Origin: Gammaproteobacteria bacterium
GTDB lineage: Bacteria > Pseudomonadota > Gammaproteobacteria > GCA-2400775
Reading direction: 5' to 3'
Assembly: GCA_013151045.1 (NCBI GenBank)
Contig: JAADIY010000017.1
Span: 10,458-74,457 of the forward strand
DNA length: 64,000 bases
Shown in pieces: positions 8,915 through 22,674 of this stretch. The translations under genes were made by a program, and so were the position numbers. How positions within the stretch are numbered: position 1 is the stretch's first letter; each line of letters starts with the position of its first letter. The notes beneath the pieces are model-generated. The model saw only the letters and a list, made by a program, of their open reading frames with translations. It made no database searches and was not told the DNA's origin.

Positions 8915-10258
8915 TTAATCACTTGAGCCTAGCCTCAGCAAGCGATAGCCCTCATCATCGGTACGCCATGACAGATAGGCTTTATCACCATCACTAACCA
9001 AAAATAGCTGATCTGATTCATTTTTTGTCTGCGCCACAGCCTGGTAGGCAGACCAACTTTCACCGCCATCAAATGACGTAATCAGGCGCACTTCAGTGGC
9101 ATCTCCAACAAAGCGTTTCCAGGCAAGATAAACCTTATCACCCAGCACCAACACTCGTGGATGACTCGCAGCGGCAGAACTATCGATAGAAATATCATGC
9201 TCCAATAGATCTTGCTGACTGTCAAAACGACCGTAGACCAAACCAGGGCGCTTACCTCCACCATTAAACCAGGCAACGTGCATGCGATCGTGTTGATCAA
9301 GAGAAATGTCTGGACCATGATGTGGGCAAGCATCAATCTGCCACTCATCATAGCTCACACGAACGGGAGCTTTTGCTAGTGAAGAGCCTGACAAAATCGC
9401 CATCGCGTTGTCGCGGGCAAAACCCGGATAAATATTCCGCCATAGCGCATGCACACTGCCATCGTTTGCACTTGCTATGCGCATACGACAACATTCACAA
9501 CTATTATCAACCACTTTTATATTAGGCGTAAACGTAGCACCACTGTCACTTGAAACGGAATAGTAAACTGAGCCACCCGGATATTCTTTACCTTCAGCAT
9601 CCGCAGCAGCTTTATCACGCTTATCAATCCAAGCAAGATATAAGCGACCTTGTTTATCGACAGCCATATTGTCAAAACGATGGCTAGTCAACGCACCCTC
9701 ATCAATGGGCGTCATTGATGCTTCAAATGTAGCACCCTGATCTAAGGAACGACTAAAACGTACTTCACCGCTATATTTCGCTTTACGTTTACGCGTCCAT
9801 GACACATAAACTTCGCCTTCATGACCAAAAGCTAATTTCGGTCTATTTTCCTTATCCGCGTAAATATGTTCTGGCACTCGATTTACTGCTACTGGCACAG
9901 AAAAATCTATACCTAAATTTTCTGAACGTGCGACATAAACGTGGCCATGACTAACAAAGCTTAACCATAGATCACCCTCAGCAGAAAAAATAGGCATAGG
10001 TGCCTTAGCACAGTCGACCGATGGCACGGCAAAGGGTGAAGCGCAACGCAATGCTAATGAATGTGCAACCTTGCTTGCACCGTGCTGATGTATTTTATCA
10101 CTTGGCTTATCTTGAGATTGAACTGCTAGCACAATACCTGACCAACAGACGCTAATAACTGCGACAAGCAAAATTATTTTCAAGAACAAACATTTTGTCG
10201 CAAACATCTTCATAACTACTGCCCCCAACCTTAATAGACAATTCACCAAAGATAGCAT
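8915..10258 (-). CDS. Exported BNR/Asp-box (sialidase-fold) beta-propeller protein
   Basis: Asp-boxes SENLG, SLDQGATF, SSDSGATF, SFDGGESW; conserved CECCR and CPHHGP; signal-like N-terminus. The start may lie downstream of 10258. Confidence 0.85.
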   Translation of the reverse strand: MLSLVNCLLRLGAVVMKMFATKCLFLKIILLVAVISVCWSGIVLAVQSQDKPSDKIHQHGASKVAHSLALRCASPFAVPSVDCAKAPMPIFSAEGDLWLSFVSHGHVYVARSENLGIDFSVPVAVNRVPEHIYADKENRPKLAFGHEGEVYVSWTRKRKAKYSGEVRFSRSLDQGATFEASMTPIDEGALTSHRFDNMAVDKQGRLYLAWIDKRDKAAADAEGKEYPGGSVYYSVSSDSGATFTPNIKVVDNSCECCRMRIASANDGSVHALWRNIYPGFARDNAMAILSGSSLAKAPVRVSYDEWQIDACPHHGPDISLDQHDRMHVAWFNGGGKRPGLVYGRFDSQQDLLEHDISIDSSAAASHPRVLVLGDKVYLAWKRFVGDATEVRLITSFDGGESWSAYQAVAQTKNESDQLFLVSDGDKAYLSWRTDDEGYRLLRLGSSD

Positions 10259-10286
10259 CCTAGTCTAAAGACACTGACAAAACCCT

Positions 10287-10307
10287 AGGGTGCGACAATA
10301 TGCCACA
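10287..10307 (+). promoter_or_regulatory. Inverted-repeat operator (RegA/RegR/RoxR-like), copy 1
   Basis: AGGGTGCGACAATATGCCACA upstream of TATAAT (10331-10336) and the TBDR; 15/17 core identity to 58138-58154. Confidence 0.6.
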
Positions 10308-10379
10308 TTCCCGGAGCATCGATTGCTCACTATAATCACGCCACAAAATTTCTGATAATAATTCCACTAGGGTACTTAC

Positions 10380-12461
10380 ATGCGTCATTTTTCAATTACC
10401 GTGGCGGTTGCTGCTGTGCTGTCATCAACCACTGCATATGCTGAAAAAAAGATCGAGCTCTCACCTATCTTGGTTGAAGGCCAACAAACTGAACAAAGCT
10501 TAACGACACCATCGATAGAGCTATCTCAAGAAAAACTTAATGCAGTGCCCGGCGGTACAACCGTTATCGACCCTGAGCAATTTCGTAATGGTGCAGTTCG
10601 GGATATCGCAGACTCATTGAGATTAACGCCTGGTGTTTATGCGCAAAGTCGCTTTGGCTCAGATGAAACACGGCTTTCTATCCGTGGCTCCGGTATCTCA
10701 TTAACATTCAACACACGAGGCATTCGCTTACTTCGCGATGGCCTACCCCTTAATGAAGCTGATGGTAACTTTCGCCCACAATTACTTGAGCCACTAGTCG
10801 CCCAACAAATCGAAGTTTATCGTGGTGCTAATGCCTTAGAATTTGGCGCTGCGACCTTAGGTGGAGCAATCAATATTATCTCACCCACCGCACGCACAGT
10901 CGATGGCTTCACTCAGCGTCTTGAACTTGGCAGCGATGCTTATCGCCGTTTTCAAATTACCAACGGCAAAGTGATTGATGACAAATGGGATATCTATGGC
11001 TCACTAACCGGTATCGCACAAGATGGTTTTCGAGATAATGCTGAACAAGACACCATACGTTTTTACGGTAACGTAGGCTACCAATGGGGCTCAGGCAGTG
11101 AGACACGTATTCATTTAAACATACAAGATAACAACCTTGAATTGCCAGGCTCTTTAACATTAGAACAATTAGAAGAGGACGCCTCACAAGCAAATGCTGG
11201 ATCAGAACTTGTTAACTCGCAACGGGACTTTGATTTATATCGAATCTCAGCGCAGCATAGTGTGCCACTTGCAAACGGCGGTAAAGCAGATTTTGGTTTG
11301 AGCTTTCAACATTTAGACTTTTTTCACCCGCTACGCTTCGCTTTATTGCTATCAGACCAAAACGATACGACGTTTAGCACTCGCGTTGAGCAGCCGATTG
11401 GTGAGCGCCATAACTTAATCTACGGCGCACTAGCAAGCTGGGGCGAATCTAATGATCAGCGTTCTAGCAATTTTGGCCTTGCAGCAGGCGTACTGTTTAA
11501 CCAGGGCTCTATTACTGAACGCGGTGACTCACGATCATTTGGCTTGGAATTATTTATTCAAGATACTATCGCACTGAATAACACGGTCGATGCAATTGTC
11601 GGCACTCAAGCCATATTCGCGCGCCGCGAATCGAGCGAACTTGACCTACGTAGTAACGAATTCGGCGAGCGCGAAGAAAACTATTCTGGCTTAAGCCCAC
11701 GCATCGGCTTAATTTGGGCGCCTACCGAAAACAATCAATATTTTACAAATTTGAGTCGCAGCTTTGAGGCACCCACATCTAGCGCCTTCGCGATAGATCT
11801 CGACAATACAACCGAAGGTATTCTTGACGAACAAATTGCGATGACTTTTGAAATTGGTACACGTGGCAATATACGAAATCTTAATTACGAATTAGCCGTA
11901 TATTACTCAGATATTGAGAATGAAATTTTAACCGTAGAAAACCCACTACAAGACGGTGACACTATTACTTCAAATGCCGACGACACTGTGCATAAAGGTG
12001 TTGAATTTGGCATATCTGGTGCGCTCACTCCGTGGCTAAACGTCATTGCTGCTTACACTTACAATAACTTTAAATTTAACAATGACACCTTGTTTAGCAA
12101 TAACGAAATTCCAAGCATTCCACGTAATTTCGCTAACGCTGAATTCGAATTTCATAACCAATCTGGCTTTAGTATTGGGCCGACCATCCAATATGCCGAC
12201 AGCCACTACGTCGACTTTGCCAATACAGTACGCAACAATGCCTATGTCATCTACGGCTTAAAAGCTTCTTACCAAGCCAATAATTGGTTCAAAGTATTCT
12301 TAGAAGCACGCAACCTAGAAGATGAAACGTTTGCATCAAATACTGGCACGGCTTCCAATCTAAATGGTATATCGGATGCCACCAATGCGACTACTGGCGG
12401 CTCAGTGTTTAACCCTGGCATTGATCGCAGCTTTTTCGCCGGCGTGGAAATCAAACTCTAA
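10380..12461 (+). CDS. TonB-dependent receptor
   Basis: Signal peptide, plug motifs LSIRGSG / GIRLLRDGLPLNEADG / IEVYRGANALEFG, C-terminal FFAGVEIKL beta-signal. Confidence 0.95.
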   Translation: MRHFSITVAVAAVLSSTTAYAEKKIELSPILVEGQQTEQSLTTPSIELSQEKLNAVPGGTTVIDPEQFRNGAVRDIADSLRLTPGVYAQSRFGSDETRLSIRGSGISLTFNTRGIRLLRDGLPLNEADGNFRPQLLEPLVAQQIEVYRGANALEFGAATLGGAINIISPTARTVDGFTQRLELGSDAYRRFQITNGKVIDDKWDIYGSLTGIAQDGFRDNAEQDTIRFYGNVGYQWGSGSETRIHLNIQDNNLELPGSLTLEQLEEDASQANAGSELVNSQRDFDLYRISAQHSVPLANGGKADFGLSFQHLDFFHPLRFALLLSDQNDTTFSTRVEQPIGERHNLIYGALASWGESNDQRSSNFGLAAGVLFNQGSITERGDSRSFGLELFIQDTIALNNTVDAIVGTQAIFARRESSELDLRSNEFGEREENYSGLSPRIGLIWAPTENNQYFTNLSRSFEAPTSSAFAIDLDNTTEGILDEQIAMTFEIGTRGNIRNLNYELAVYYSDIENEILTVENPLQDGDTITSNADDTVHKGVEFGISGALTPWLNVIAAYTYNNFKFNNDTLFSNNEIPSIPRNFANAEFEFHNQSGFSIGPTIQYADSHYVDFANTVRNNAYVIYGLKASYQANNWFKVFLEARNLEDETFASNTGTASNLNGISDATNATTGGSVFNPGIDRSFFAGVEIKL

Positions 12462-12600
12462 AAATAAAAACAGGCAATAAAAGGCATTTATACGACCAAG
12501 GATGGTCACCGGCTTAGGCACAACAGTCGCGAAATTAAACGAACTCTCGTACACTTTAGCTATCCATATCGCTTCTGATCGTACTTTCTGGGGTAGTTTA

Positions 12601-13761
12601 ATGATTTCGTCTTATTTATCACCGTATCGGGCACGCCGATTAACGGTGACCTTTGGCCTGTTTTGCCTCATTTCACTCGTCGCTTGCACTGAAAACAAGC
12701 AAAACAATACTGCGCAACAATCTAATCCTCAACCCCTATCAAACCCAGCTAGCGAGCCTGCTACTGAGCCAGAACCACAATCACTCGGCGATAATCGTGA
12801 AACGCATTTAGCGAACATTAAACAGCTAACGTTCGGCGGTCAAAACGCTGAAGCTTACTTTTCGTATGACGATAGCAAGCTAGTCTTTCAAGCGACTACA
12901 CGCGATGCAGCAAAACAATGTGACCAAATCTATTCTATGAATAGTGATGGTAGCGACAAGAAATTACTCAGTACGGGTGATGGCGTTACCACCTGTTCAT
13001 TTTTCTACCCCGATGATAAATACATTCTTTACGCATCAACTCATGAGGGTAAAAAAGATTGTCCACCGCCAGCCAATTTTAGCGAGGGCTATACTTGGCG
13101 CCTGGAGAAAGAATATGACATCTATAAAAGCGATCTCGACGGTAACATCGTTGCCAAATTAACCAATGAGCCAGGTTATGATGCAGAAGCCGTAATATCA
13201 CCCACTGGCGATAAAATCGTTTTTACCAGTGTTCGTAGCGGTGACCTCGAACTCTGGACAATGGATCTGGATGGTAGCAACTTAAATCAAATCACCGATA
13301 CACCTGGTTATGATGGTGGTGCCTTTTTCTCACCTAACGGCAAAAAAATTGTCTGGCGTGCGAGTCGCTTTGAGAATGACGCTGAAGGACTCGCTGAATA
13401 TCAACGGCTATTAAATAAAGGTCTTATTAGACCAAGCTCGCTTGATCTCTATATCATGGATGTCGATGGCTCAAACAAACAGCAGATTACTGACTTTGGC
13501 AAAGCAAGCTTTGGCCCCTACTTCCATCCATCAGGTGAAAAAATTATTTTTTCATCAAATCTCGATGACCCAAAAGGACAAGAGTTTGATTTATACCTAG
13601 TAGATATCAATACTAAAGAACTTGAACGTGTAACCTATACTGGAGACTTTGACGGCTTCCCTATGTTTTCTCGTGACGGCAAGAAACTAGTATGGGGTTC
13701 AAACCGCCATAATGAAAAACCACGCGAAACCAATGTTTTTATTGCCGACTGGGTCGAGTAA
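12601..13761 (+). CDS. TolB-like PD40 beta-propeller lipoprotein
   Basis: Lipobox LISLVAC, Pro/Glu-rich linker, repeats NAEAYFS, YDAEAVISPTG, YDGGAFFSPNG, FDGFPMFSRDG. Start probably ATG 12601. Confidence 0.85.
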   Translation: MISSYLSPYRARRLTVTFGLFCLISLVACTENKQNNTAQQSNPQPLSNPASEPATEPEPQSLGDNRETHLANIKQLTFGGQNAEAYFSYDDSKLVFQATTRDAAKQCDQIYSMNSDGSDKKLLSTGDGVTTCSFFYPDDKYILYASTHEGKKDCPPPANFSEGYTWRLEKEYDIYKSDLDGNIVAKLTNEPGYDAEAVISPTGDKIVFTSVRSGDLELWTMDLDGSNLNQITDTPGYDGGAFFSPNGKKIVWRASRFENDAEGLAEYQRLLNKGLIRPSSLDLYIMDVDGSNKQQITDFGKASFGPYFHPSGEKIIFSSNLDDPKGQEFDLYLVDINTKELERVTYTGDFDGFPMFSRDGKKLVWGSNRHNEKPRETNVFIADWVE

Positions 13762-13773
13762 ACGGAAATTATT

Positions 13774-14787
13774 ATGATAGAAGCACTCATCGAATACGGT
13801 TTATTTTTTGCCAAAACTGCAACGCTATTAATCGCATTAGTCGTTGCATTAACGATTATTTTTTCACTAGGTCGGCGCGACAAAACAGCCGAGCGCCTGA
13901 CTGTACGTAGTATCAATCAAAAATACGACACCATGCGCCAGCTACTAGAACATGAGGTGTTAAATAAAAAAGCGTTAAAGAAAACGAACAAGGAACATAA
14001 AAAAGAAACCAAAGCCAAAAAGAAAGAAAAGTCAGAGGCTGATAGAAAGCGTGTATTCGTTCTCAACTTTAAAGGCGACATACGCGCTAGCGCCGTAGCC
14101 TCTTTACGCGAAGAAATTACTGCACTACTGACTATTGCCAACAAAGACGACGAAGTCTTAGTTTGCCTTGAAAATCCAGGTGGTACTGTTCACGAACATG
14201 GCCTCGCTGCTTCACAATTGTTACGCATCAGACAACGAGAAATCCCCTTAATCGTCGCCGTCGATAAAGTTGCTGCCAGTGGTGGTTACTTAATGGCTTC
14301 AACCGCTAACAAAATAATTGCTGCCCCTTTTGCCATTATTGGTTCAATCGGTGTCATTGCTCAAATTCCTAACTTTCGCCGAGTGCTAGAAAAACATGGC
14401 GTCGATTTTGAACAAATCACTGCTGGAAAATATAAACGCACCATCACTATGTTTGGCAAAAATACCGACGAAGATCGCGCCAAATTAAAACAAGATTTAG
14501 AAGAAGTGCATGACTTATTTAAAGCCAGCGTTACCGAACACCGAGAAGAGCTCGACATTGAACAAGTTGCCACAGGTGATCACTGGTATGGCCAACAAGC
14601 ATTAGAGTTAAAGCTCGTCGACGAGCTCATGACTAGCGATGATTATTTGCTAGAAAAAAGTAAAGACTCAGATTTATTTGAAATCGAATATAAGCAAAAG
14701 AAAAAAATTGGTAAAAAACTAGGTGCTGCGGCACGCGGTGCTTGGGATGAGTTCAGCAGCAATATTTCTTCAAGATGGGAAAAATAG
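13774..14787 (+). CDS. sohB: S49 protease SohB
   Basis: FKGDIRAS.V.SLREEI, LENPGG.VH.HGLAASQL.R, VDKVAASGGY.MA, TAGKYKRT. Confidence 0.95.
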   Translation: MIEALIEYGLFFAKTATLLIALVVALTIIFSLGRRDKTAERLTVRSINQKYDTMRQLLEHEVLNKKALKKTNKEHKKETKAKKKEKSEADRKRVFVLNFKGDIRASAVASLREEITALLTIANKDDEVLVCLENPGGTVHEHGLAASQLLRIRQREIPLIVAVDKVAASGGYLMASTANKIIAAPFAIIGSIGVIAQIPNFRRVLEKHGVDFEQITAGKYKRTITMFGKNTDEDRAKLKQDLEEVHDLFKASVTEHREELDIEQVATGDHWYGQQALELKLVDELMTSDDYLLEKSKDSDLFEIEYKQKKKIGKKLGAAARGAWDEFSSNISSRWEK

Positions 14788-14960
14788 CTAAAATTAACAA
14801 ATAGTTTTACGATATAGCATAGTGAAATTTTATGTATCAAAGGCTATTCTAAATTTAAGTAATCCTTTAATGATCTGGCCTTTACTAATACCTATCAGCA
14901 ACTTCGGAAAAATGAATTGGTCAGATAAGCATGGAAGCACTATAACTAGAGCGTGATTAA

Positions 14961-17186
<2,226 letters not shown>

Positions 17187-17199
17187 ACTTAGTAGCTAT

Positions 17200-17247
17200 A
17201 GCAGTCGTGGCGTTTCACTATAATCCGAAACACCACGACTGCTTTTT
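17200..17247 (+). terminator. Intrinsic terminator after katG (between convergent katG and cysQ)
   Basis: 17-bp near-perfect stem AGCAGTCGTGGCGTTTC / GAAACACCACGACTGCT followed by a T run. Confidence 0.8.
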
Positions 17248-17285
17248 AATTCTCAATTCGGTTTAGTAAAACCTTCGCCTTCTGA

Positions 17286-18110
17286 CTAAGCCACTTTGCC
17301 ATCCGGGTCTGTAATATATTGCTGCCAGTCGATATCTTTATCTCCTGCAACAAAAAACCACGGGTTCAGTAATGAGTCTTTGGTGTTATATGTTAGTGTC
17401 TCAAACGACATCTTAGTCAAACGCCCACCTGCTTCCTCTACCACACATTGCGCTGCACCAGTATCCCACTCTGAGGTTGGCCCAAACCGCGGATAAATAT
17501 GCACCACGCCTTCAGCAACCAAACATGACTTTAACGAACTACCCATACTAATAATTTCATAGTCACCAATTTTTTCAAGCATTCCATCGAGCGAATCACC
17601 TCTATGTGAGCGACTGCCAGCAACTTTTAACGCGCCACCCTCCCACTTCTTACTTGATATTTTTACGGCTTCCTTACCATCGGTCTGTTTATATGCCCCA
17701 TATCCACGCACAGCATAGTAGCTTAGCTTTTGCACTGGCACATAAATCACTCCGAGCACTGAATCATGATTATCAATTAGCGCAATATTGACAGTAAACT
17801 CACCATTACGCTTTATAAATTCTTTTGTACCATCAAGCGGATCAACTAACCAGTAACGGCTCCAAGTTTGGCGCTCTGCAAAAGGTATTTTTGCCGACTC
17901 TTCTGATAAAACTGGAATATCAGGTGTCAACGCTTCCAGACCTGCTACGATGCAATTATGCGCTACCATATCTGCTTCTGTTAACGGAGTATGATCGTCT
18001 TTTTCCGTTATCTCGAACTCACGATTATAAACTTGCATTATATTTCCCCCAGCACGCTTGGCAATATCTATTACTGAGGGCAAATACTGATTGAAGTCTT
18101 CGCTCGACAT
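17286..18110 (-). CDS. cysQ: 3'(2'),5'-bisphosphate nucleotidase
   Basis: PLTEAD, SEE, WLVDPLDGTKEFI, EWDTGAAQ. Confidence 0.95.
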   Translation of the reverse strand: MSSEDFNQYLPSVIDIAKRAGGNIMQVYNREFEITEKDDHTPLTEADMVAHNCIVAGLEALTPDIPVLSEESAKIPFAERQTWSRYWLVDPLDGTKEFIKRNGEFTVNIALIDNHDSVLGVIYVPVQKLSYYAVRGYGAYKQTDGKEAVKISSKKWEGGALKVAGSRSHRGDSLDGMLEKIGDYEIISMGSSLKSCLVAEGVVHIYPRFGPTSEWDTGAAQCVVEEAGGRLTKMSFETLTYNTKDSLLNPWFFVAGDKDIDWQQYITDPDGKVA

Positions 18111-18112
18111 TT

Positions 18113-18661
18113 TTAACTTCCCTTTAATTTATCTCGCACCATATATAACGCAGCAATACTGCGGGCCTCGCCTATCTCACCACCCGCTAACAATTTATCG
18201 ATCTCACTTAAGCGCCAAGGAATCACTTCAATTTCCTCTGGCTCATCACCTTCTAATCTGCTTTCATATAAGTCTTGCGCCAAAATGATTTGTGTTTCAT
18301 GACTTAAATAACCCGGGGCAATGCTGATAGTCCGCAAATGCTCAAGCGAACGCGCGGCATAACCAATTTCTTCTCTTATCTCCCTGTTAGCAGCGTCCAA
18401 CCAATCTTCCTGAGCTTCCACACGGCCCTTTGGCAAGGCCAGCTCATAACGATGAACACCTGCACTGTATTCACGAATAAGCAATACCGTATCTCGGTCT
18501 AACATCGGCACTATCAAAACCGCTCCGGCTGAGCTACTGAGTAAGCGCTCATAGTGAGTCACAACGCCATTACTAAACTCCAGCTCCAATGCTTCTACTT
18601 TGAATAACCGTGTTTGTGCAATAGTCGACTTATTGAGTATACGTGGCAGTGTCTTCGGCAT
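18113..18661 (-). CDS. nudE: ADP compounds hydrolase (Nudix)
   Basis: L.FSNG....YERL, LIREY.AG...YEL..PKG, Nudix box AANREIREEIGY, LEGDEPE. Confidence 0.93.
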   Translation of the reverse strand: MPKTLPRILNKSTIAQTRLFKVEALELEFSNGVVTHYERLLSSSAGAVLIVPMLDRDTVLLIREYSAGVHRYELALPKGRVEAQEDWLDAANREIREEIGYAARSLEHLRTISIAPGYLSHETQIILAQDLYESRLEGDEPEEIEVIPWRLSEIDKLLAGGEIGEARSIAALYMVRDKLKGS

Positions 18662-18694
18662 AGCGCTTGCAGTATCCTACTTTAAATCTATTGA

Positions 18695-19369
18695 ATGAGT
18701 TTACCAGTAATGATTAATTGGCATCAGATCGATACCATTTTGCTCGATCTTGACGGTACTTTGCTCGACTTACATTTTGACAACCATTTTTGGTCTGAGC
18801 ATTTACCATTGCGTTATTCTGAGCATCATGGCATGAGTTTGGTCGAAGCCAATGCGTTTCTAAAGGCGGAACTCAATCAACATCGCGGAAAGCTTAGTTG
18901 GTACCTAACGAACTTATGGAGTGAACGACTGCAACTAGATGTCGTCTCGCTCAAACACCAAGTCGCCGATAAAATTACAATACGACCTTCAGTATTACCT
19001 TTTCTCAAATTTTTAAGAAACCAAAACAAGCGGCTAATCATTGCAACCAATGCCGATCACAACAGCCTAAATCTAAAATTCAAAAAGACCCGTATTCATC
19101 AACATGTTGATGAAGTATACAGCTCAGAGACATTTGGCAAACCGAAGGAGGAACTTGGCTATTGGCAGCAATTAAAATTAAAAACACAATTTAATGTACA
19201 GCGAACATTGCTCATTGATGATAATTTATCGGTATTAGATTGCGCGCAACGTTTTGGCATCCGCCATCTACTCGCTGTCAACAAACCTGATTCACAAAAA
19301 CCAGCAAACAACATTACAACATACCAAAACGTTGAATATTTTGATGCCTTATATCCAACAAAGGATTAA
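18695..19369 (+). CDS. yrfG: GMP/IMP nucleotidase (HAD)
   Basis: W..IDTILLDLDGTLLDLHFDNHFW, TNA, FGKPKE...YW. Confidence 0.9.
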   Translation: MSLPVMINWHQIDTILLDLDGTLLDLHFDNHFWSEHLPLRYSEHHGMSLVEANAFLKAELNQHRGKLSWYLTNLWSERLQLDVVSLKHQVADKITIRPSVLPFLKFLRNQNKRLIIATNADHNSLNLKFKKTRIHQHVDEVYSSETFGKPKEELGYWQQLKLKTQFNVQRTLLIDDNLSVLDCAQRFGIRHLLAVNKPDSQKPANNITTYQNVEYFDALYPTKD

Positions 19370-19827
19370 CTGGCCTTCTTTTCTTTTTTCTCTTTTTTTG
19401 CCCACTGTTCGTGGCGACCATCCCACGTTTTAAAACGCTTACGGCAATATTTGTCGAGCTCTTTATCATTACGAAAATAAAGCTCAAAACCTTCTTCTGC
19501 TGGCTGGTCGTATTCACAATAGTCGTTGGTGTAATCACGACAAATTTGTGGCCGCGTTTCATAAGTGCCACAGCACCCATCAGGTAAGAGGTGAGCACAT
19601 TTCCCGGTAATCAGCAAATACCAAGCGTCATCATCTTTATATAACTGCAAATTATCATGAGAAATTGTCCACATTAAATGGTCAAAATCTTTTTTTGACT
19701 TCGGCGTATCAATTTCTTGTGTCACATACTGGCAACATTTAGCACCCTCGCAAAAACCACATTTAGTTGCCGATGTCATTTCAGGCTTAATCGGAATTAT
19801 TTTTGCGTCTTTATTCTTACTCCCCAT
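19366..19827 (-). CDS. YkgJ family cysteine-cluster protein
   Basis: CGFCEGAKCC ... CAHL....CGTYETRPQICRDY. Confidence 0.85.
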   Translation of the reverse strand: MGSKNKDAKIIPIKPEMTSATKCGFCEGAKCCQYVTQEIDTPKSKKDFDHLMWTISHDNLQLYKDDDAWYLLITGKCAHLLPDGCCGTYETRPQICRDYTNDYCEYDQPAEEGFELYFRNDKELDKYCRKRFKTWDGRHEQWAKKEKKEKKAS

Positions 19828-19833
19828 AACTAA

Positions 19834-21777
<1,944 letters not shown>

Positions 21778-21779
21778 CT

Positions 21780-21865
21780 AGCTGCTTCCCTCCGCCGGTT
21801 TTAACCGGGTCAGGTTCAATGGGTCTTTCTCAGCCTAGTTCTATCAAGGCACCCCCGCAACACTT
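21780..21865 (-). ncRNA. TPP riboswitch upstream of thiC
   Basis: Minus strand reads GGGGTGCC...GGCTGAGAAAGACCCATTGAACCTGACCCGGTTAAAACCGGCGGAGGGAAG, the canonical THI-box (CUGAGA, ACCUGA, P5 hairpin, AGGGA). Confidence 0.95.
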
Positions 21866-21977
21866 GTTACGGCATAGAATACCACCGTAGCCCGACAAAT
21901 CACACGAACCTTATGATGACACTGGCGTCCTACTGCTAGGCTAGCTAAAATAGCCATACTTTTGATCGCTATTGGTA

Positions 21978-22640
21978 ATGATGATGGAACTTGCTCAAGC
22001 TCGATTTAATATGATTGAACAGCAAATCCGCCCCTGGGATGTGCTCGACCAGCGTGTCTTAGATTTATTGGACATGCTGCATCGTGAAAATTTTGTCAGT
22101 GACAGTAACAAATCGTTAGCCTACGCTGACGTTAGCATTACGCTAGACCATGGCGAAGTCATGATGCCACCTAAGGTCGAAGCACGCTTAGTCCAGGCAT
22201 TAAACATCAAAGATAATGAGCAGGTACTCGAAATTGGTACTGGCAGTGGCTATGTCACAGCAATGCTGGCAAAAATGGCTACACACGTGACTAGCGTTGA
22301 TATCCACGAAGATTTCCTGGCTCAAGCGAAATCACGGCTCGAGGCATATGACATTAGTAATGTCACCCTCGAACATGGCGATGCTTCAAACGGTTGGAAA
22401 ACCGATGAGGCCACCTACGACGTAATTGCCATAACAGGCTCGTTACCACAATACATAGATGCCTTTCAGAAAAGCCTTAATGTTGGCGGTCGTTTATTTG
22501 TTATTGTTGGCCAAGCACCCATTATGGAAGCGCTGCTCGTCACCCGCGTCACCATGGGCGAATGGGTAAAACAAAGCTTATTTGAAACAGACCTAGCGCC
22601 ACTGCAAAACGCTTCAACACCTTCCCGTTTTGTATTTTAA
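21978..22640 (+). CDS. pcm: Protein-L-isoaspartate O-methyltransferase family (Pcm2 type)
   Basis: ARFNMIEQQIRPWDV, VLEIGTGSGY, YDVIAITGS, LFET. Start lies among ATGs at 21978-21984. Confidence 0.9.
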   Translation: MMMELAQARFNMIEQQIRPWDVLDQRVLDLLDMLHRENFVSDSNKSLAYADVSITLDHGEVMMPPKVEARLVQALNIKDNEQVLEIGTGSGYVTAMLAKMATHVTSVDIHEDFLAQAKSRLEAYDISNVTLEHGDASNGWKTDEATYDVIAITGSLPQYIDAFQKSLNVGGRLFVIVGQAPIMEALLVTRVTMGEWVKQSLFETDLAPLQNASTPSRFVF

Positions 22641-22674
22641 GCGGCTGCAGCCGCTTAATAAGGTCATAACCAAC

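Noticed and set aside
8915-10258. True sialidase / sialic acid catabolism
   Set aside because: Only Asp-boxes are visible. No FRIP motif was recognised and there are no nan genes nearby.
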